From Eledone cirrhosa (Eukaryota): DNA of 64,000 bases. Below, piece by piece: positions 58,391 through 64,000 of this stretch; positions within the stretch are counted from its first letter, which is position 1; each line of letters opens with the position of its first letter. The stretch is from contig OZ024742.1 of the NCBI GenBank assembly GCA_964016885.1, forward strand, positions 301,630,001 to 301,694,000. The letters run 5' to 3'. A program made the translations under genes and the position numbers. A model generated the notes under the pieces. The model made no database searches, had not been told where the DNA came from, and worked only from the letters and a program-made list of their open reading frames with translations.

Positions 58391-61005
58391 TTCATAGACA
58401 TAAACCCCCATCTCCCCGAAATGTTTGGGCAATGAAGCCTTATCACAGGCCTCTAAAGATAGTCTTAAATTAACCAGACTTACAAGTTTCTGAAAGCTGA
58501 GGTTGTCAAAACATTGCAGAGATGACATATATAAGTAAATATATATGTGTTTGGGTTTGTTTGTGGTTTTTAAGTAATTAATTCGGTTGAGAGAGGGAGA
58601 GAGAGGAGTTGTTGCTATGAGCAATGTCGTTTTCAGTAAAGAATCTTAAGAGACCAACTCAACTAGTGACAACCACAAGATGTTACCAAATACTAGAAAC
58701 CACTTTACCATCTTCGTCATTCACTACTACCAACAGCAATTATTGATTCAGGTCCATTTCTAGATTTACCCTCTACACTCCAAAATAATTAAAGAATAAA
58801 TATAAAATATAAAATAAAAAGATTAAAATATACAGCGATAAAATTAAACATGTGACTTCAGGAAGGAATCACTGGACAGATTTTATGGGCAAAACCAACT
58901 AGCAAGAGACCCAGGGGTAGACCCCGAGCAAGATGATTGGATAATATCCATGAGCTTGGCTGGTCATGCTTGGTAATACAGCCAGATCAGTTGGAGCTGG
59001 TTGCTTCTGACAGGACCTGTTAGAAGACTCAGCCCCCACGACCCTCCCAGGAAGAAGAAGAAGAAGAAGACTTCAAATCACACCTATGTCAGCTTTGACT
59101 TTCATCTTCCCAAGGGCAATAAAAAATAAAGCCCCATGGAAATACTAGGGAGAGCTTCCCCCCTCCATATTAACAAGCATACAAATAAAAACGATTTATA
59201 TTTTTATAAAAAGAGACCCTATCCCTTAAAATAGAAGACATGCACAATGAATCACATGTTAAAACAAGGGCCGCTAGAGTTTCTCACTAATAATTTTTTT
59301 GTGGTAACCCAAAAGTGCCGTTGGTGATAACGAGGCTAAAACACTGGAATAACCAAGCACCATCACCTGGAGCATCAACCTGATACGTCGGTAAGGCGAG
59401 CCATCAACAATGACAATAACCTCGTCGTCAGCGGCCCAGTTCTTTCGAATTCTACAGGCTGCAAAGGATAAAAAAAAATAAAAATAATAATAGTTTTCCG
59501 ATAATTGCTAATATCCGAAGCCTATGATGTATCCTAGAATAAACCCGTTATTATTTTATTAAGTTTTTGAAACGAAAATTAAAAATAACCTTTAATAATA
59601 TTTACAATAAAACATTTTATTTATTAAGCAAGAAAAATAACAATGGTTATTAAGTAACTTAAATTGTTTAAAGCTACAATTATTATAAAGAGAGTAAAGC
59701 ATTTGTTAAATTACACACTACGATCTCCGAAAAAAACAAACTATAATGTCTTTATTTCTGAGTTCCAATCCCGCCGAGGTTAACTTTGCCTTTCATCCTT
59801 ACGGCGTCGATAAAATAAAGTACCAGTAATGCACTGGGTAATTGCTGGCCTTGTGCCAAAAAGTAGAAATGATTATTCTAAATCGGAAAAATTCGATTTA
59901 GTTAACAGTCCTTGTTTATTGTGACAGTTCGTTTTTAACGGAAAGACTAAATCTCGTGATTGTCACACGCTGAACTTGATTCGTTAAAAACATCCTTCTA
60001 TAAACGACATCTCTCTTAATAATTATTATCTGTTTTAATTAAATTAATTGTTCAAACACTACACACAAATACATCTGCGTCTTTTTACTTATATTTAATT
60101 AAATTATTGTGTATGTGCATTCTCATACCTAGGTATGCATGTTTTGTGTGAACCTATTTAACATTTCTTTTCGTTTATATATATATATATACAAATACAA
60201 ATATATATATATATATATACAAATACAAATATATATATATTTATATATATATATACACACACACACCTTTATTAAATTAGAACAATAAAGGGGAAAAAAA
60301 CCAAAGCAAAAAAATACATTTCTCTAAAAGAAAATACGAGAAATATACAGATCTTAATTTTGTGTATATTTTTCAAAATTATATGTATGACCTAACTGAA
60401 TGTCCATACAGCATAAAGAGATAAATATCATTAATTGATAAATAACTAATTGTGTGTATTTGTTTCTGTGTATGCTGATGTATAAGAAATAATTATTTCG
60501 TTTCGTAATTTTTGTATCTACTTTAATAAGCAAAACTGGAATGGAGAATGGAAGGAATAAAATATCCGGCTATTTCTCGACGGTTTTTCGTACTAGACTG
60601 TTTAGATATGTTGTATATTTAATTATATACTGTATAAATATATATATTTACAGTCACTTCGTTCCGTCAATCCAATCCAGTTTATTACAAAAGCCACCGT
60701 CTGCTTTCCCTTTGTGATTGCTGGTGTGAGTGAGTGCGTGCGTGTGTGTGTCAATTAAGTAGTGTTCAGATTTCAACACTACAAACGGTGCTAGTTGCCC
60801 TTTCTCGCATCTATGTGTATGTCAGAGAGTGGTTTCTTCTTCACAACCGCTCTCAGAAATTGTAGCTAATGTTTATATTACTATCGAAGTATCCAAGTTA
60901 TACTTCTTGTTAACATTACGACAAAAGGAAAATTAACAGCAGCAACAGAAGAAGAAGTATTGTAGTTGAATTACAAGGAAAAAAAGTCTTACGTACTGCG
61001 GCGCC

Positions 61006-61032
61006 ATGGTTGAATCATTGCTGGGACAATGA
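61006..61032 (+). promoter_or_regulatory. 8-codon uORF (MVESLLGQ*) whose stop overlaps the ATG4 start codon (caATGA)
   Basis: gcgccATGG Kozak context at 61006. TGA at 61030-61032 overlaps the ATG at 61029-61031. Confidence 0.6.
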
Positions 61033-63081
61033 CAGATAACAATGCTGCTTTATCCTCTTCACGAAGCGCAGCAAGAACACTAACAGCCGCCACTGGCACT
61101 ACGGTTGTAGTTGGTAACACTACTGCAACTATTTGCACTGTTGGTAATACTAGACTCGGGACGTCTGGACCTTGTTCACCCTTAACACATTTATCGTCTT
61201 CGCCTTTACCTTCACCTACATTTACGAGGCAGAAGGCCACTAAAGAAGGTGCTGGTTGTGGCGTTTACAATACAGATCACTATCGAGAACAACCGCAACA
61301 GCTGCAGAAGAAGAAAAAGAAACAGATGCAAACTCCAGCGCCTGAGCAAGATGTCTCACTACACAATCACATTCCCCGTCATCGTTCCCAATATCATCAG
61401 CATCACCATTCCTCGTCACCTGTTCCCAAGGAAGCGACGGATGCCTCGTCTACTATTGACTGTGTCTCCTGCTGCCCTGCACAGAGTAAAAAATATCTTG
61501 CTAGAATGTCGCCTCATCACTGTCAGCAAGGCAAAACCCATCATGGCTCTAGTGTGACCGATACGGATGAAATACCTCAACTAGTTCGAAATCCGCTTTC
61601 GTGTGATTCTCCGACCTCATCTGTGGAGATTTCTCCAAGACATACCCCTTCTTCGACTAAACGTATTCTTCCATCAGTTCCATCCTCACCACACCAACAC
61701 CGCTCCCATCGTCACCGATCGAACAGTGGACAAAGTAGTCGATCCTCTTCATCATCCCCATCTCGTCATAATACAGCTGTTTCAGCCAGTCCTCCCTCTG
61801 ACAGCGCTATTGACATTACTAAAGGAAGTCACAAGAAAATTCTGCCACCATCTCCCATAGTCATTGATTCACATGTTCGAAGTGCTAGGAAAAAAATGGA
61901 TGGTGGTGGTGGTGGTGGTGGTGGCAGTGTAATGTCTGCGCCGATATTTCCCAACCCAGCCCCTTTTATCCCCGAACGTTCTATTTCATGTCCATCTCCA
62001 TCATCAAGTGGACCTGGTAGCCCGGCCCGTGCTTCACCAGCATCACCGTATTTGGATAGCAGAAGGAAAGATGATATTGTGCTCCCTCCAACCAGGTCGA
62101 CAGCTGCTGCTCGGGCCCGTTCTAATAAGCAATCGTATACTGTCACAACATCATTATCATCATCACCTACAACAACTACAACAGCTACAGCCATCACTAC
62201 AGCCAATGCTACAGTTACAACTACCAAAAGCACCAACTACAAAAATGTCGCTGAAACTGAAAAACACAGATCTTATTTACCGTCGGATCAAAAAACCAAT
62301 GATTTATCTTCCTATAGTCGTGGGAACATATCATCTAGTAGTGGCTCGGTTGCCGGAGACGGCTTTCCTAAACCATCTGTAGATATGAAACACAAGTCCT
62401 CCTCAAATGATAAACACAACTTAGCTAATATTGATTCTAATTTTATTCAGAACTTTTATAAAACCAACCAAAAACTTGTCCAGTTAAGGGATTCTCAACC
62501 CTCATATAGGATTTCCAGTAAAAACAGAGTTGGACACGAGATCAATGCTGCTATTCGAAGTGGTTATAACACTAGCCCTAGTCTTAGAAGTACATACACA
62601 AGTAGCAATAGAAAAAACACAGGTTATAGTCACACTCTCGGTAGTAACACTGGCTATACTGATTACAAAGGTAGCTACAGTACTTTTAGTAAAGATAGTG
62701 GATATGGTAGCGCCGGGAACACGAGCGATTATGGAAGTTATTCAAGTAAATCCAGTGGTCATCATAGAGGAAAAGTTAAAAGCCATGACAAAAAAATGAA
62801 AGGTTCTTGTGAAGAAGTGTACTGTGTGGAAGAAAAACCGAATCGTCCTTCTTCCAAAGAACACGTTTATTATACAGCTGACCGCCCGAGTCGTAGTAAA
62901 ATAACCACAAGTAGTGGGAGCAGCCACCGTGCTAGTAGTGTACCTGCCAGACGTTCTATGTCAGTTAGTGAATTTGCCAGTACTTCAATTGATCCTTTGC
63001 CTGGTAATGGTCAAACTGATGGCGAAAATCTTGAAAAAGTTAAATCAAAACTCATGTCAATGTGGAACAATGTAAAGTATG
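61029..63081 (+). CDS. ATG4D: First coding exon of an ATG4C/D-type cysteine protease (C54), with a long Ser-rich disordered N-terminus; the gene continues beyond the window
   Basis: 2053-nt uninterrupted frame ending LEKVKSKLMSMWNNVKYG|gtaagt, matching the ATG4C/D signature (K.K.K....WNN[VM]KY[GS]W). An in-frame stop lies upstream at 61011. The C versus D assignment is uncertain. Confidence 0.8.
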
Positions 63082-64000
63082 GTAAGTCGATTTTTATCCC
63101 AACTTGTTACTGAAACTTTTAATGTTATTCAACAATCTCTGCTGTATTTTAACATCTGTTTATAGGGTAGTGGACACAGCATGTGAGAATGGTTTAGAAG
63201 TTCGCCTCACAATCATTAGGTCTCGGGTGTGATCCTACTGCTTGATATTTTGGGCAAGTGTCATTTACTATGGCCCTATGAGTGAAAGTGGGTAGACAGA
63301 AACTGTGGAAGCCTGTCGAATGGACTACCTGTATTTCAATTGACCACCCTTGTCACACAGTGTCACGCTGAATCTCCCTCAAAATGACGTTATTGGTACA
63401 CGTTTCTATGGATTACTCAGCCACATGTTAATTCCACGAGCAGGCTGTTCTGTTGATCAAACAACTGGAGCATTCATTGTCGAAACCGAAGGGGATTCAT
63501 CTCATTCATATGGCAATATATTGACCAGAAAAAATAAACGGAATATAGAAATGTTTGGTTAATGGTCAGTTTTATTCAGGTAAACAACGATCACCCCGCC
63601 CCTCTATTTCTCTCCACCTGAAAACATATATTCTTAACATAAAACAGTGAATGTGTTATTTCAAAGGTCTCCATATACGATACAGTAATATATATATATA
63701 TGTATGTATGTATGTGTGTAGTGCACCTGAGCACTGTACACAATAATTTCCATTATCATATATATTGATATATATAAATGAAATACTGGATTTAATGAAC
63801 CTCATTCACTCACAAATAACCGATATTGTACTATGTTTAGAGAGACACGGATGCTAAATATTTACAAACTTGAGTTACTATAAGTTAAATCTCCGTCACC
63901 CACACAATACAATTTTCAACAGTTCCCCTCTTATTACTCTTGTGTATATTTTATACTTGTAGCCTTACTATATATAACAAGTTTAAGAACTTACTATATA

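Noticed and set aside
61249-62927. Alternative-frame and antisense ORFs overlapping the ATG4 exon
   Set aside because: Expected shadows of a long low-complexity coding frame; no recognisable motifs.

Overview
AT-rich, repeat-dense animal genomic DNA. The SINE/RTE/microsatellite landscape looks like an octopus (cephalopod) genome, which is my inference from pattern recognition. Two host genes lie head-to-head. A complete 17-coding-exon RAD17 lies on the minus strand (52185->30908); I traced all exons by hand with GT-AG boundaries and consistent phases, giving 1956 nt and about 651 aa. The first coding exon of an ATG4C/D-type autophagy protease lies on the plus strand (61029-63081), with a very long Ser-rich N-terminus and an overlapping uORF. 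The rest is transposon-derived: RTE, R4/Dong-like, CR1-like and Tx1/L1-like LINE fragments; tRNA-type SINEs; mariner remnants; a Merlin/IS1595-type transposon split by a non-autonomous LTR element; and Helitron-like pieces. The window starts with a 3-kb hexamer array. The most notable signals are RNA-structural. A 352-bp near-perfect palindrome in a RAD17 intron carries a minimal type I hammerhead ribozyme motif on each arm, with a third copy at ~22.96 kb. A thrice-repeated multi-hairpin module with covarying stems forms the 5' end of a (CATA)n-associated RTE family.
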